Shown here: positions 45,257-54,426 of the stretch, piece after piece
How positions within the stretch are numbered: position 1 is the stretch's first letter
How the letters are laid out: each line of letters begins with the position of its first letter
DNA from: Lachnospiraceae bacterium
GTDB taxonomy: Bacteria > Bacillota > Clostridia > Lachnospirales > Lachnospiraceae
Direction: 5' to 3'
Length of the DNA stretch: 64,000 nt
NCBI GenBank assembly: GCA_963612015.1
Contig: CAVDTR010000002.1
Coordinates: forward strand, 75,179 to 139,178
Notes under the pieces: model-generated
What the model was told of the DNA's origin: nothing
Databases searched by the model: none
Seen by the model: only the letters and a program-made list of their open reading frames with translations
Translations under genes and position numbers: made by a program

Positions 45257-45794
45257 ATTGCCCTGCTCATTTCTCCGGTTATTATTTTTGCGATATATTA
45301 TTAGTGTTTCCCTTTGTTACCAGATACCTCATTATATCGGGTGTCGGGCATTGGTGCAATGGGAGATTTGCTAGGATTTTCCGTTATCTACGCATGTAAA
45401 TATATTATACACTTTGAGCAGAGACTTCTCTATACGGGTCAAAGAAGTTTATAGTGATATTTCAGAGTAAAAAGCAATCACAAATAAAATGTAAAATGGC
45501 TGCCGTAAGGGCAGTCTATTTGTTGTACATAAATTTGAAGATAAATGAAAAACTTAAAAACCTGCAAGAAAACTATTGACTTTTCTTAGCAGGTTTTATT
45601 GGCTGAAATATTGAATTTTCAAGGTTCAACACACCATATCGGTGTGGGAAGTTTTAGTCACATATTTTTATCTTCATTATAATTTCCTCGCAGATGAGAG
45701 CGTCGCAGCATCATCTGTCCCCTCATACATTCTATCAATTAAATTATAGAAGCCACCGGCATAACTTACAAGAACAAAGAGCGTTTCTCCAAAG

Positions 45795-45826
45795 AAAAAA
45801 ACGCAGCAGACCAAATGCCTGCTGCG
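45795..45826 (-). terminator. terminator after the LacI gene
   Basis: CGCAGCAG/CTGCTGCG stem plus T7. Confidence 0.8.
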
Positions 45827-45840
45827 AATTTACCTAATTG

Positions 45841-46851
45841 CTATTGTGAAATTTTTCTGACACTCTCCGTATTCTGCAGCTCAAATGGGATTAGTTCATG
45901 CGATGCCGGTGTGTTCAGGTCAATCATCCGAAGCAGTAGCTCCACACTGCGAGATGCAATTTCCCCATATCTCTGCCGTATCGTCACAATCTTCGGATTG
46001 TAATAATCCGCAAGCATCGTTCCGTCAAATCCGATTATGGAGATATCCTCCGGGACGCGCAGCCCGCGGTCACAGATCGCGCGGATCGCACCGACCGCCA
46101 TCACATCACTCATTGCAAATACTGCCGTGATCGGAATCTGCTTGTCAAGCAGTCTCGTCATTGCCTGATAAGCGCTATCGTAAGAGAATCGGGCTTTTTC
46201 ATAGTACAGCTTTGTATCCGGCGTAAGCTCATGCTTCAAAAAGCTGTTGCAATAGCCCTGGCAACGCTGTCTGCTGACATGCGAGCTTTGCAGATCACCG
46301 CCGAGAACTGCTATATTCCTATGCCCGTTATCGATCAGATAATCCACCGCCTGCTCTGCCGCCGCAATATCGTCGGTCGCAACGGAGGAAAGATTGTCGA
46401 AGGACAATTCTTCCGCCTGTGTTGTGACAAGCACGCAGGAAATTGTTATGTTTCCGAACTCTTCTTTAAAATAATCCGGATTTCCTCCAAGGAATAAAAT
46501 GCCAAGCGGCTTGCGCTCGCGGCAGAGACGGATCGCTTCCTCTACCTCGTTGGCATCCTCATCCAGATAGTGAACACCGACGGTATACTCGGAATCCTCA
46601 ACCATCTTCTGAACAGACTCGATGATATTGGCAAACAGCATGTTAAGCGTACCTTTTACCACAACAAGGATCGCTTTGGTCGTTGTCTGCTTCAAACGCT
46701 TTGCGTTGTTGTTCGGCACAAAGCCATACGCTCCCACGATCGCGAGAATTCTTTGTTTTGCTTCCGGACTGACATCTTTGCGGTTGTTCAATACACGTGA
46801 AACCGTGCTGACAGAATATCCGGATTCCTTTGCAATGTCGATTATTGTCAT
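45841..46851 (-). CDS. LacI-family transcriptional regulator
   Basis: MTIIDIAKESGYSVSTVSRVLN, VPEDISIIGFD. Confidence 0.96.
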   Translation of the reverse strand: MTIIDIAKESGYSVSTVSRVLNNRKDVSPEAKQRILAIVGAYGFVPNNNAKRLKQTTTKAILVVVKGTLNMLFANIIESVQKMVEDSEYTVGVHYLDEDANEVEEAIRLCRERKPLGILFLGGNPDYFKEEFGNITISCVLVTTQAEELSFDNLSSVATDDIAAAEQAVDYLIDNGHRNIAVLGGDLQSSHVSRQRCQGYCNSFLKHELTPDTKLYYEKARFSYDSAYQAMTRLLDKQIPITAVFAMSDVMAVGAIRAICDRGLRVPEDISIIGFDGTMLADYYNPKIVTIRQRYGEIASRSVELLLRMIDLNTPASHELIPFELQNTESVRKISQ

Positions 46852-46855
46852 TTGT

Positions 46856-47710
46856 TTAGCCCTTTACAGCACCTGAAAGTACACCCTTAATAATATACTT
46901 CTGACCTAATGCATACACGATTACGATCGGGATTAGACACAAAACGATTAGTGCCATTGTTGCGCCGTAATCAACCTTGCCGTAGCTTCCCTGCAGGTAC
47001 TGGATATGGATCGGAATCGTCTTATACTCTGTCTTATCCAATACAAGATATGGCAAAAGATAATCATTCCACACCCACATGACCTCAAGTATTCCGACAG
47101 AGATATAGGTTGGCTTCATGATCGGAAGTATGATCTTAAAGAAAATCTGCAATGGTGTGCAGCCATCAATCAAGGCAGCCTCCTCCAGTTCAAGTGGAAT
47201 GCTTTTTACAAATCCCGTGAACATGAAGATTGCAAGTCCGGCGCCGAATCCTAAGTATACGATGCAGATTGTATACGGATTATTCAGCCGGAGCGTGTCT
47301 GCAGTCTTTGATAAGGTAAACATAACCATCTGGAATGGCACAACCATTGAAAAAACGCACAAGTAGTATACTATCTTACAGAACTTGCTGTCAACTCTGC
47401 TGACATACCACGCTGACATGGATGTACACAGCAGGATCAGGGCGACTGACATTACCGTAATAACAAGACTGTAAAAAACAGATCTGTAAAACGGATAATT
47501 TCCGAAGGTCATACCCTTGATGTAATTGCCAAATTTCATAAATGTCTCTGCGTTTGGCAGAGAAAACGGGTTCAGTGCGATTGCGGTGCTCGTCTTGAAG
47601 GAGTTAATCACCACCGTAACGACCGGCATGATCCAGATCGCCGCCAATATAGTAAATCCGATGGTCAATGCCAGATTGATCTTTCGCTTTTTTTTACTTC
47701 CGTTCGTCAT
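46856..47710 (-). CDS. carbohydrate ABC transporter permease (MalG-like)
   Basis: EEAALIDGC EAA loop, WNDYLLP. Confidence 0.93.
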   Translation of the reverse strand: MTNGSKKKRKINLALTIGFTILAAIWIMPVVTVVINSFKTSTAIALNPFSLPNAETFMKFGNYIKGMTFGNYPFYRSVFYSLVITVMSVALILLCTSMSAWYVSRVDSKFCKIVYYLCVFSMVVPFQMVMFTLSKTADTLRLNNPYTICIVYLGFGAGLAIFMFTGFVKSIPLELEEAALIDGCTPLQIFFKIILPIMKPTYISVGILEVMWVWNDYLLPYLVLDKTEYKTIPIHIQYLQGSYGKVDYGATMALIVLCLIPIVIVYALGQKYIIKGVLSGAVKG

Positions 47711-48615
47711 TATTCCTGCACCTCCCTGCTTCTTGTAAATCCTAACTGGACCATGGAAATAATGCCTACCATGATAAAGAACAATACCGCCTTCGCCTGA
47801 CCTACACCAAGTGAGGTAAGGTTCTCATAGAAGGAACTGTAAATGTTAAGTGCAAGCATCTGCGTTGTTCCGATTGTTCCCTCATAAGGGAGTCCGTTGG
47901 TAAGTGCAAGGTTCTGATCAAACAGCTTGAAAGAGTTGGTAAGTGTCAAAAACGTACAGATCGTGATGGTCGGCATGATACACGGGATCGTGATGCGTGT
48001 CAGGATCTGTCCGCCGGTCGCGCCGTCGATCTGCGCGGCTTCAATATAGTCGGTCGGTACATTCTGCAGTCCGGCAATATAGATGATCATCATATATCCT
48101 ATCTGCTGCCAGCACATCAGAATGACCAGTCCCCAGAACCCAAACGTTGCGTTCAGCGCGAGGGATGAGTTCCAGAACGCCTGAATCACACCGTTTAAGA
48201 TTATTTTCCAGATATAACCCAGAACGATTCCTCCGATCAGGTTCGGCATGAAAAATATCGTCCGGAAGATGGTCGAGCCTTTGATGTTTCTTGTGAGTGC
48301 GAGTGCGATCGCAAACGCGATCACATTGATCAGGATCATCGTGACGACGGTGTACGCCACCGTAAATTTGAAAGCGCGAAAATACGATGCGTCCTTCAGC
48401 GCGTTTATGTAGTTCTGTAATCCAATGAACTCCTGAAAACGGATTGTCTTAAACTTGAAAAATGATAACTTGATTCCCCAAAGGAACGGATATACAAATC
48501 CGATACAAAATGCAATAAACGTCGGGATGATAAAGATTGGGGCATACTTTTTCATCGCCTTGCGCTGTATGCTGTTTACTGCCGAACTGTTCACGGTTTT
48601 TTGCTTTTTCTTCAT
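47710..48615 (-). CDS. carbohydrate ABC transporter permease (MalF-like)
   Basis: EAAQIDGA, FKLFD. Confidence 0.93.
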   Translation of the reverse strand: MKKKQKTVNSSAVNSIQRKAMKKYAPIFIIPTFIAFCIGFVYPFLWGIKLSFFKFKTIRFQEFIGLQNYINALKDASYFRAFKFTVAYTVVTMILINVIAFAIALALTRNIKGSTIFRTIFFMPNLIGGIVLGYIWKIILNGVIQAFWNSSLALNATFGFWGLVILMCWQQIGYMMIIYIAGLQNVPTDYIEAAQIDGATGGQILTRITIPCIMPTITICTFLTLTNSFKLFDQNLALTNGLPYEGTIGTTQMLALNIYSSFYENLTSLGVGQAKAVLFFIMVGIISMVQLGFTRSREVQE

Positions 48616-48657
48616 GGCAAACTCCTATATTCCTGCTGCATCCGAGAATGCTTCTTT

Positions 48658-48691
48658 AAAAAAGGGGAGCAAGGCAAAACCTGCTCCCCTG
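48658..48691 (-). terminator. internal hairpin/terminator after the SBP gene
   Basis: AGGGGAGCA/TGCTCCCCT stem plus T-run. Confidence 0.7.
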
Positions 48692-48710
48692 TCTGATGCT
48701 TTTACAAAAA

Positions 48711-49988
48711 TTACTGCTGTGAAAGCTGATACTGCTCAGCCCATCCGTCAACATAAGCGCTGACAACTGCATCCCAGTCACCGGTTCCTGCAGAGTATGC
48801 AGCAAGTGCGGAAACGACCGGAGCTCTCCAGCTCTCAGTATTTGGTGTGAAGTTGAATGCCCATGATACGTTGTAGCATCCGTCAGCAACATACTGGTTC
48901 ATGATGTTGCAAAGAACATTGGATACGCTCTTAGCATTCTTGAATGGAGATACAAATCCCATATCATTTGCAAGTGCGCTGGTTCCCTCATCGCTGGTTA
49001 CTACCCAGTTAAGGAAATCAAGAGTAGCCTTCTGATCTGCCTCAGAAGCCTGGCTGTTTACTGCCCAGTAGTTCTCTGTACCACAGCTTAAGCCTTCCTT
49101 CTCATCTCTTACACCGATATAGATCGGAAGATATCCGATGTTGTCATCACCGATAGAAGAGATATCACCGTAGGCCCATGTACCATTCTGATAGAATACT
49201 GCTTGGCCGTTGACAAACTCTGCAACTGCATCATCACCTGTCTTTGCAGACAACTCAGAAGGTGCGCAGGTAGCGTTCTGTGTATATACATCCCAGATTG
49301 CCTTGAAGTTGTCAAGGTAGGTTCCCTTGATGGTTGCCGGCTGGGAAGTGATTCCATCCTCGTCAAACTCATAGAAGAGCGGGATGTTTGCCAAGTGACC
49401 GGAGAATCTCCAGCTTGAAGAGCTGTCAAGACCAGCGGAAGTAAATGCTGAGAATCCAAGGTCTGCGCTTCTTGCAGTGATGTCCTCTGCAACTGCCTTT
49501 AAGCTATTGAAATCCTTGATGTCATCAACGGAATATCCAGCCTCGGCAAGAAGTGCCTTGTTCGTGATGATTCCGTATCCTTCATACACATACGCGATTC
49601 CGTATACGCCATTGTCATTCTTAACTGCAAAATCATCGGAAGTAAGCTGCTTGTATACCTCTGAATCGGAAAGATCTAAGCAGTAATCCTTCCATGACTC
49701 GTATCCTACTGCTCCGGAAATCTGGAATAATGTCGGAGCATCCTTCTTATCGATATCAGCGGTAAGTGTCTCCTCGTATGTACCTTCGGCAGCGGTAACG
49801 ACCTTAACCTCAACGCCCGTCTGCTCTGTGTAAGTCTTTGCAAGAGCCTGCCAAGCCTCATCTGCCTCCGGCTTGAAGTTCAGGTAGTAAACCGAACCTG
49901 TCTCGTCTGCTCCCCCGTTTCCACAGCCGGCAAGCATTGCAGCAGCCATGGAAGTAACTAATAATACGGATACTAATTTCTTTTTCAT
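48711..49988 (-). CDS. carbohydrate ABC transporter substrate-binding lipoprotein
   Basis: Lipobox LAGC, YYLNFKPE, FYQNGTW. Confidence 0.92.
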   Translation of the reverse strand: MKKKLVSVLLVTSMAAAMLAGCGNGGADETGSVYYLNFKPEADEAWQALAKTYTEQTGVEVKVVTAAEGTYEETLTADIDKKDAPTLFQISGAVGYESWKDYCLDLSDSEVYKQLTSDDFAVKNDNGVYGIAYVYEGYGIITNKALLAEAGYSVDDIKDFNSLKAVAEDITARSADLGFSAFTSAGLDSSSSWRFSGHLANIPLFYEFDEDGITSQPATIKGTYLDNFKAIWDVYTQNATCAPSELSAKTGDDAVAEFVNGQAVFYQNGTWAYGDISSIGDDNIGYLPIYIGVRDEKEGLSCGTENYWAVNSQASEADQKATLDFLNWVVTSDEGTSALANDMGFVSPFKNAKSVSNVLCNIMNQYVADGCYNVSWAFNFTPNTESWRAPVVSALAAYSAGTGDWDAVVSAYVDGWAEQYQLSQQ

Positions 49989-50024
49989 TTTTGTCCTCCT
50001 CTAAGTATCACCTTTCTCCTTTTC

Positions 50025-50099
50025 TGGTAGCGTTACCGAAAATGTTCTCGGTAACGTTTCCAGTAAAGTTAGTATATGCCTTGCCAAGACTTAACGCAA
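50025..50099 (-). promoter_or_regulatory. sugar-ABC promoter with two LacI-type operators
   Basis: TTGCGT-17-TATACT (50071-50099). Operators TGGTAGCGTTACCG (50025-50038) and CGGTAACGTTTCCA (50049-50062) have a central CG. Confidence 0.7.
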
Positions 50100-50173
50100 G
50101 CCCCCAATTAGCATTTTGTATACTTTAATAAAATCTTTCGCGTATTTTTGTGCATTACTTCCAATAACTGGTA

Positions 50174-50257
50174 CAAGTGCATCTTCAACTCCGCACGGTT
50201 CGCATCCCTGCTTAGCATTTTTACTTTATAGGAAAAGAATTTTCCTATAAAGTAAAA
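50174..50257. repeat. dispersed terminator-adjacent element, copy 3 (most intact, perfect 18-bp palindrome)
   Basis: TTTTACTTTATAGGAAAA-GAA-TTTTCCTATAAAGTAAAA at 50219-50257. The 5' extension aligns with 54652-54732. Confidence 0.85.
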
Positions 50258-50305
50258 CAGACCAGGCAGATTGCTCCACCCGGTCTAAAAAATCTTATGT
50301 TATTT

Positions 50306-51394
50306 TCAGATGTCCAGCCTGCGCAGATCCTCGCAAAGCGCGTCAACATCCTCCTGCCTTGTCGCCCAGCTTGTGCAGATGCGCAAAGCGCTGTGCGTCT
50401 CATCCACACGCTCTTGATAAGACAGGCAGTATTTCTCCGAAAGCTTCTGTATCGCGTCGTCCGGCAGAACCGGAAAGATCTGGTTCGTGTTGTTAGCTAC
50501 CAGATACGGAATTCCCTTGCGGTTTAAGGACTCGCGGATCTGGTTTGCCTGCCGGATTGCATGGTAACCACCCTTCATGTACAGGTTCTTAGCGCCTTTC
50601 TCTATATCCGAAAGTGAAGCTTCCTCCACATACGCTTCATCGAGCAGGGTGGAAAATTGCAAACCGAGCAAACGCCCTTTTGCGAGCATCGCGCCCTTTT
50701 GCTTGATCAGATATCGAAAATCTTTCTTCAAATCCGCATTTGTGATAACGACCGCCTCGCCAAACAACGCACCAAGCTTTGTTCCGCCGATATAGAACAC
50801 ATCGGCAAGCTGTGCAAGATCCGGCAGAAAAACATCATTGCTGTCCGCTGCCATGCCGTAGCCCAGACGCGCACCGTCCACAAACAGATAAAGTCCATCG
50901 GCGCGGCAGACCTTTGAGATCGCCTCAAGCTCCGCGCGTGTATACAGTGTACCAAGCTCGGTCGGCTGGGAAATGTACACAAGCTTCGGCTGCACCGTAT
51001 GCTCAAAGCTGGAATCGTGGATGTGTGCCTGATAAGCCTCATCGATCTGCTGCGCAGTTATTTTTCCGTCCGTGCTTGGCAGTCCGAGCACTTTATGACC
51101 GTCCAGCTCCACCGCGCCGGTCTCGTGCACATTGATATGTCCGCTCTGCGCACATAACGCGCCCTGATAGGATCGGAGCGCCGCGAGGATGATCGTGGCA
51201 TTTGCCTGCGTTCCGCCCACCAGAAAATGCACATCAGCATCCGGCACCTGACATTCCTTACGGATCAGCGCCCTTGCCTCCTCACAATACTCATCGCAGC
51301 CATAGCCGATCGTCTGCTCCATGTTGGTTGCGCTTAAGCGCGCAAGGATCTCTGGATGCGCGCCCTCATTGTAATCACAGTTAAAATATATCAT
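50306..51394 (-). CDS. ltaE: low-specificity L-threonine aldolase
   Basis: F.CDY, GGTQAN, HETGA, PTELG, DGARL, GGTK (PLP Lys). Confidence 0.88.
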   Translation of the reverse strand: MIYFNCDYNEGAHPEILARLSATNMEQTIGYGCDEYCEEARALIRKECQVPDADVHFLVGGTQANATIILAALRSYQGALCAQSGHINVHETGAVELDGHKVLGLPSTDGKITAQQIDEAYQAHIHDSSFEHTVQPKLVYISQPTELGTLYTRAELEAISKVCRADGLYLFVDGARLGYGMAADSNDVFLPDLAQLADVFYIGGTKLGALFGEAVVITNADLKKDFRYLIKQKGAMLAKGRLLGLQFSTLLDEAYVEEASLSDIEKGAKNLYMKGGYHAIRQANQIRESLNRKGIPYLVANNTNQIFPVLPDDAIQKLSEKYCLSYQERVDETHSALRICTSWATRQEDVDALCEDLRRLDI

Positions 51395-51463
51395 CTTATG
51401 ACCTCCGGACAAATTTATCTTTTATATTTGCTTCATCATAGCACATTTGCCCCAAGGAAAGAA

Positions 51464-53053
51464 CTACCAATTTTCCGCCTTTTCCTGATATCGCTGGATA
51501 TCCTCCTCCAGCAGTGACCTTGCATACACATGCGAAACGTTAAACTGCCGGATGCTCTCGTCCGTTGCATCTGCCGTATCCCGCACATATACTTCATACC
51601 AGTATTCCTTTTTCTGCTCCGGTGCCTGTTCCTCAACATATTTCTTGATCACAGGCGCAGCATCGGTAGAGAGCGTTGTCAGATACCAGTGGTCGATATC
51701 CTCCTTTCCATTTTGCGCAATATTCAGATTGTACTGCGCGATCCAGTAATCCGGGCGTCCGAACGATAATGCCAGATAACATACCGCAAAAACAACCATT
51801 CCATACCGGAACAGTGGAAAATCGCTTTTGTAAATCTGGATCATGATTCCCGCGAGGATCAGTGCGATCACAAGCAGCAACCAGAACGTCAGCACACGCA
51901 GGAAAGACAGGTAATAATTCTGCACATACAAGGTCATACGGAACGCGCTGGATGCCACCATCACATAAGTACAGCAGGATATAACCGTAAGCAGCGCCTT
52001 GATGACCGGGCGTTTTTCAAAGTGCTTCAGCACAAAAAGTACGATCAGCAGATTCAGAACGCATACGACCAGCAGTTGGAAAAATCCCTCTCTCGCATAC
52101 TCCGCATAAGTGTATCCGTCCGGCAGCTTCATTCTTCCGCCGAAGAGATAGACCACCTGGATCGCGCAGAAGAAAATGTACACGACGGAAAGCAGCCATA
52201 ATACGGTCTCTGCAATAAGCGGTTCATGCTGCTTCTGCGGTTTTTCTGCCTTGTTGATCGTGCCTTTTCCAAGATAGCGCAGACCGCAGTAGCCCGCAAA
52301 AAACGCAAATAAAAATGTCACTACACCTCCGACAATATCGCTGACATCCCATTGAATGTTCTGGATAATGGAGTAAAAGACCGCATCAGCGGAGCAAAGC
52401 ATTACTAGCACAAATCCCAGCAATGGAACAGAGATCAGCAGTCCGATCAGTACATATAAAAATCTGGAGCGCGTTTTGCCTTTGGACTCCTTCTGGTAGC
52501 AGGACACGTCCGCAAACGGATCTCCGATGGAGCCGATCGCACCGAACACCGCAGAAAAAATTGCCCCGACGTGTTTTCCAAATCCCCAGCCACGATCCTC
52601 ATAGAAGCTATGAAGCAACATGCCGATTAAAAGCAGTGCCATCCCGACGGTATTCCAGAATATGATAAATCCGCTTCCCGTGAGGAATGAGGAAATTCCA
52701 AGCAGCAGCATTCCCGCTACATAGATCCGGTTGCTTTGCTTCCATGCGACATTCATTTTTTTCATGCAGACTCTGCAAAAAAAGATTGTTGCGATGACCA
52801 TGAGGGGCATCGTGATACCGCTCATATTGTGATAGAGAAAGAGCGTATAGACCAATGCATACACGACTGTCGGGATTATCACCGCCTCAAAGTGAGTCGC
52901 CCTCTGGTGCTTAATCTGCGGACTCTCCTCCGTAACCGGCAGGCGGTACTGCGGTGGGATCTGCAGGGTTGGGTGGGTTTGTTGTGGCTGCCCGCTTGCA
53001 GATAACTGCCTTGCCTGCGACATGGTGTAAGAAGATACTTTATTATTGTCCAT
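51464..53053 (-). CDS. DUF4173/DUF4153-like polytopic membrane protein
   Basis: LCSADAVF, TYAEYAREGFFQL, LSTDA. Confidence 0.8.
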   Translation of the reverse strand: MDNNKVSSYTMSQARQLSASGQPQQTHPTLQIPPQYRLPVTEESPQIKHQRATHFEAVIIPTVVYALVYTLFLYHNMSGITMPLMVIATIFFCRVCMKKMNVAWKQSNRIYVAGMLLLGISSFLTGSGFIIFWNTVGMALLLIGMLLHSFYEDRGWGFGKHVGAIFSAVFGAIGSIGDPFADVSCYQKESKGKTRSRFLYVLIGLLISVPLLGFVLVMLCSADAVFYSIIQNIQWDVSDIVGGVVTFLFAFFAGYCGLRYLGKGTINKAEKPQKQHEPLIAETVLWLLSVVYIFFCAIQVVYLFGGRMKLPDGYTYAEYAREGFFQLLVVCVLNLLIVLFVLKHFEKRPVIKALLTVISCCTYVMVASSAFRMTLYVQNYYLSFLRVLTFWLLLVIALILAGIMIQIYKSDFPLFRYGMVVFAVCYLALSFGRPDYWIAQYNLNIAQNGKEDIDHWYLTTLSTDAAPVIKKYVEEQAPEQKKEYWYEVYVRDTADATDESIRQFNVSHVYARSLLEEDIQRYQEKAENW

Positions 53054-53057
53054 GTGC

Positions 53058-53273
53058 CTATTCCTCCTCATCCGGTCGATACTCCAGCAGGTCTCCCGGC
53101 TGGCAATCAAGCGCCTTACATAGTTTATTCAGTGTATCCAATTTAATGGCTTTTGCCTTTCCATTTTTCAAGATAGAGACATTCGCCATCGTAATATCCA
53201 ATTTCTCTGATAGCTCGGTCACGCTCATTTTCCGCTTGGCGAGCATAACGTCAATGTTAATTATAATTGCCAT
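53058..53273 (-). CDS. YozG-like Cro/C1 HTH regulator
   Basis: DVMLAKRKMSVTELS...LKNGKAKAI...LDCQPGDLLEY. Confidence 0.92.
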   Translation of the reverse strand: MAIIINIDVMLAKRKMSVTELSEKLDITMANVSILKNGKAKAIKLDTLNKLCKALDCQPGDLLEYRPDEEE

Positions 53274-53288
53274 ATTCACACTCCATCT

Positions 53289-53759
53289 TTATATAGTCAG
53301 CTCGTTTTCCTGCTTCATCTCATAGGCATTTAAGATCAGTCTCGAAAGTGCCTCGCAAAGCACAACAAACACAAGCGCGGTCAAAATCTCTGCGACAACA
53401 AAAATGCCAAATTGCATCGTCAATGCCTGCTCCACCGCCAGATACAGCAGTCGGATTGCAAATCCGATGATTGCAAGTACGCCACACATTCCCATCCGGT
53501 GAAAATGGATTGCGTTTTCCCTCGAAAAAGAATTATCCTTCCCGATCTGCGTGCATACTCTCCAGAACTCGATCAAAATTCCATAGCAGAACGCTGCCGT
53601 GTACCAGCTCGCAAAAATGAAAGTCCAAAACAAATTCTCCGGCTCATCCGCCCGCAAATAAAATGCGTATGCGGTCAGCCCTCCCCAGAATGCAACTCCC
53701 ATAACCCCAAGCAGGATCACAATCCCTTTTAACCAATACGATATCTTTTTCTGTGTCAT
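53289..53759 (-). CDS. DUF2975 membrane protein
   Basis: Four TM segments, FSRENA, C-terminal AYEMKQENELTI. RBS GAAGGAGG. Confidence 0.88.
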   Translation of the reverse strand: MTQKKISYWLKGIVILLGVMGVAFWGGLTAYAFYLRADEPENLFWTFIFASWYTAAFCYGILIEFWRVCTQIGKDNSFSRENAIHFHRMGMCGVLAIIGFAIRLLYLAVEQALTMQFGIFVVAEILTALVFVVLCEALSRLILNAYEMKQENELTI

Positions 53760-53887
53760 AAAATCCTCCTTCATAACTCTGTGCAAGACTTCTGTCTTTT
53801 CTTTTGTCCTATCTTTAGTTCTTTTCTTAGTCCTTTTTCCGTAAATCCGCGCTTTCTCGGCATTCCCTAACTGCCAACTGGACTATT

Positions 53888-54161
53888 GCATCGAATTATT
53901 CCCCGAAAATGAAATCCGATGCTTTTTCCTGACCTGTTCATCGAAAAGACTCTCTGACATCTATTTTCGATGCTTTTTTCTCCGTTTTAGGGAATTTCGA
54001 GCATCGAAAACGTAATATATTTTTTATTCCGATGCTCAATATGCAAAAATAGTCCTTTTTCTGCATCGGAATGACAATATGAAAACAAATTTCGATGCTT
54101 TGCCTTCAGAGGGACATTGACCTCCGCATCGGGATTGCAAAGTAAAATCGAATCGCGATGC
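53888..54161. repeat. array of five 35-36-bp inverted-repeat units, 62-63-bp period
   Basis: GCATCG(A/G)(A/G)-N19-20-YYCGATGC at 53888, 53938, 54001, 54063, 54126. Three spacers are exactly 27 bp and one is 15 bp. Confidence 0.9.
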
Positions 54162-54302
54162 TTTGCTTTTGGTTCTCGATACTCTCCTTCCAAAAACGGA
54201 AGCTATATTCTCCCGTGGAAAATAGCTACCCATTTTACAGCTTTTGGAAAGATCATCACTCCTCATTTGGTCACTCCTCATTTCTATTCTTGTGTTTTTC
54301 AT

Positions 54303-54355
54303 AGTATAACCCGAAGGCTTCAATCTTGCAATATATTTTTATCGTTTTACGATAA
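54303..54355 (-). promoter_or_regulatory. candidate promoter and palindromic operator for the DUF2975-HTH-DUF4173 operon
   Basis: TTGCAA-17-TATACT (54303-54331) and TTATCG-N5-CGATAA (54339-54355). Confidence 0.55.
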
Positions 54356-54426
54356 TTTTTTGTTGTGTTATCTATTTTCTTATTGAATCGAGTGGTATTT
54401 TGGCAATTTGGCAATTTGCATTGAGA

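Noticed and set aside
53888..54161. CRISPR or TIGR array
   Set aside because: Conserved parts are only 6-8-bp inverted ends. There is no long direct repeat, no box C/D-like motifs that I could see, and no cas or tas gene in the window. Kept as an unexplained array.
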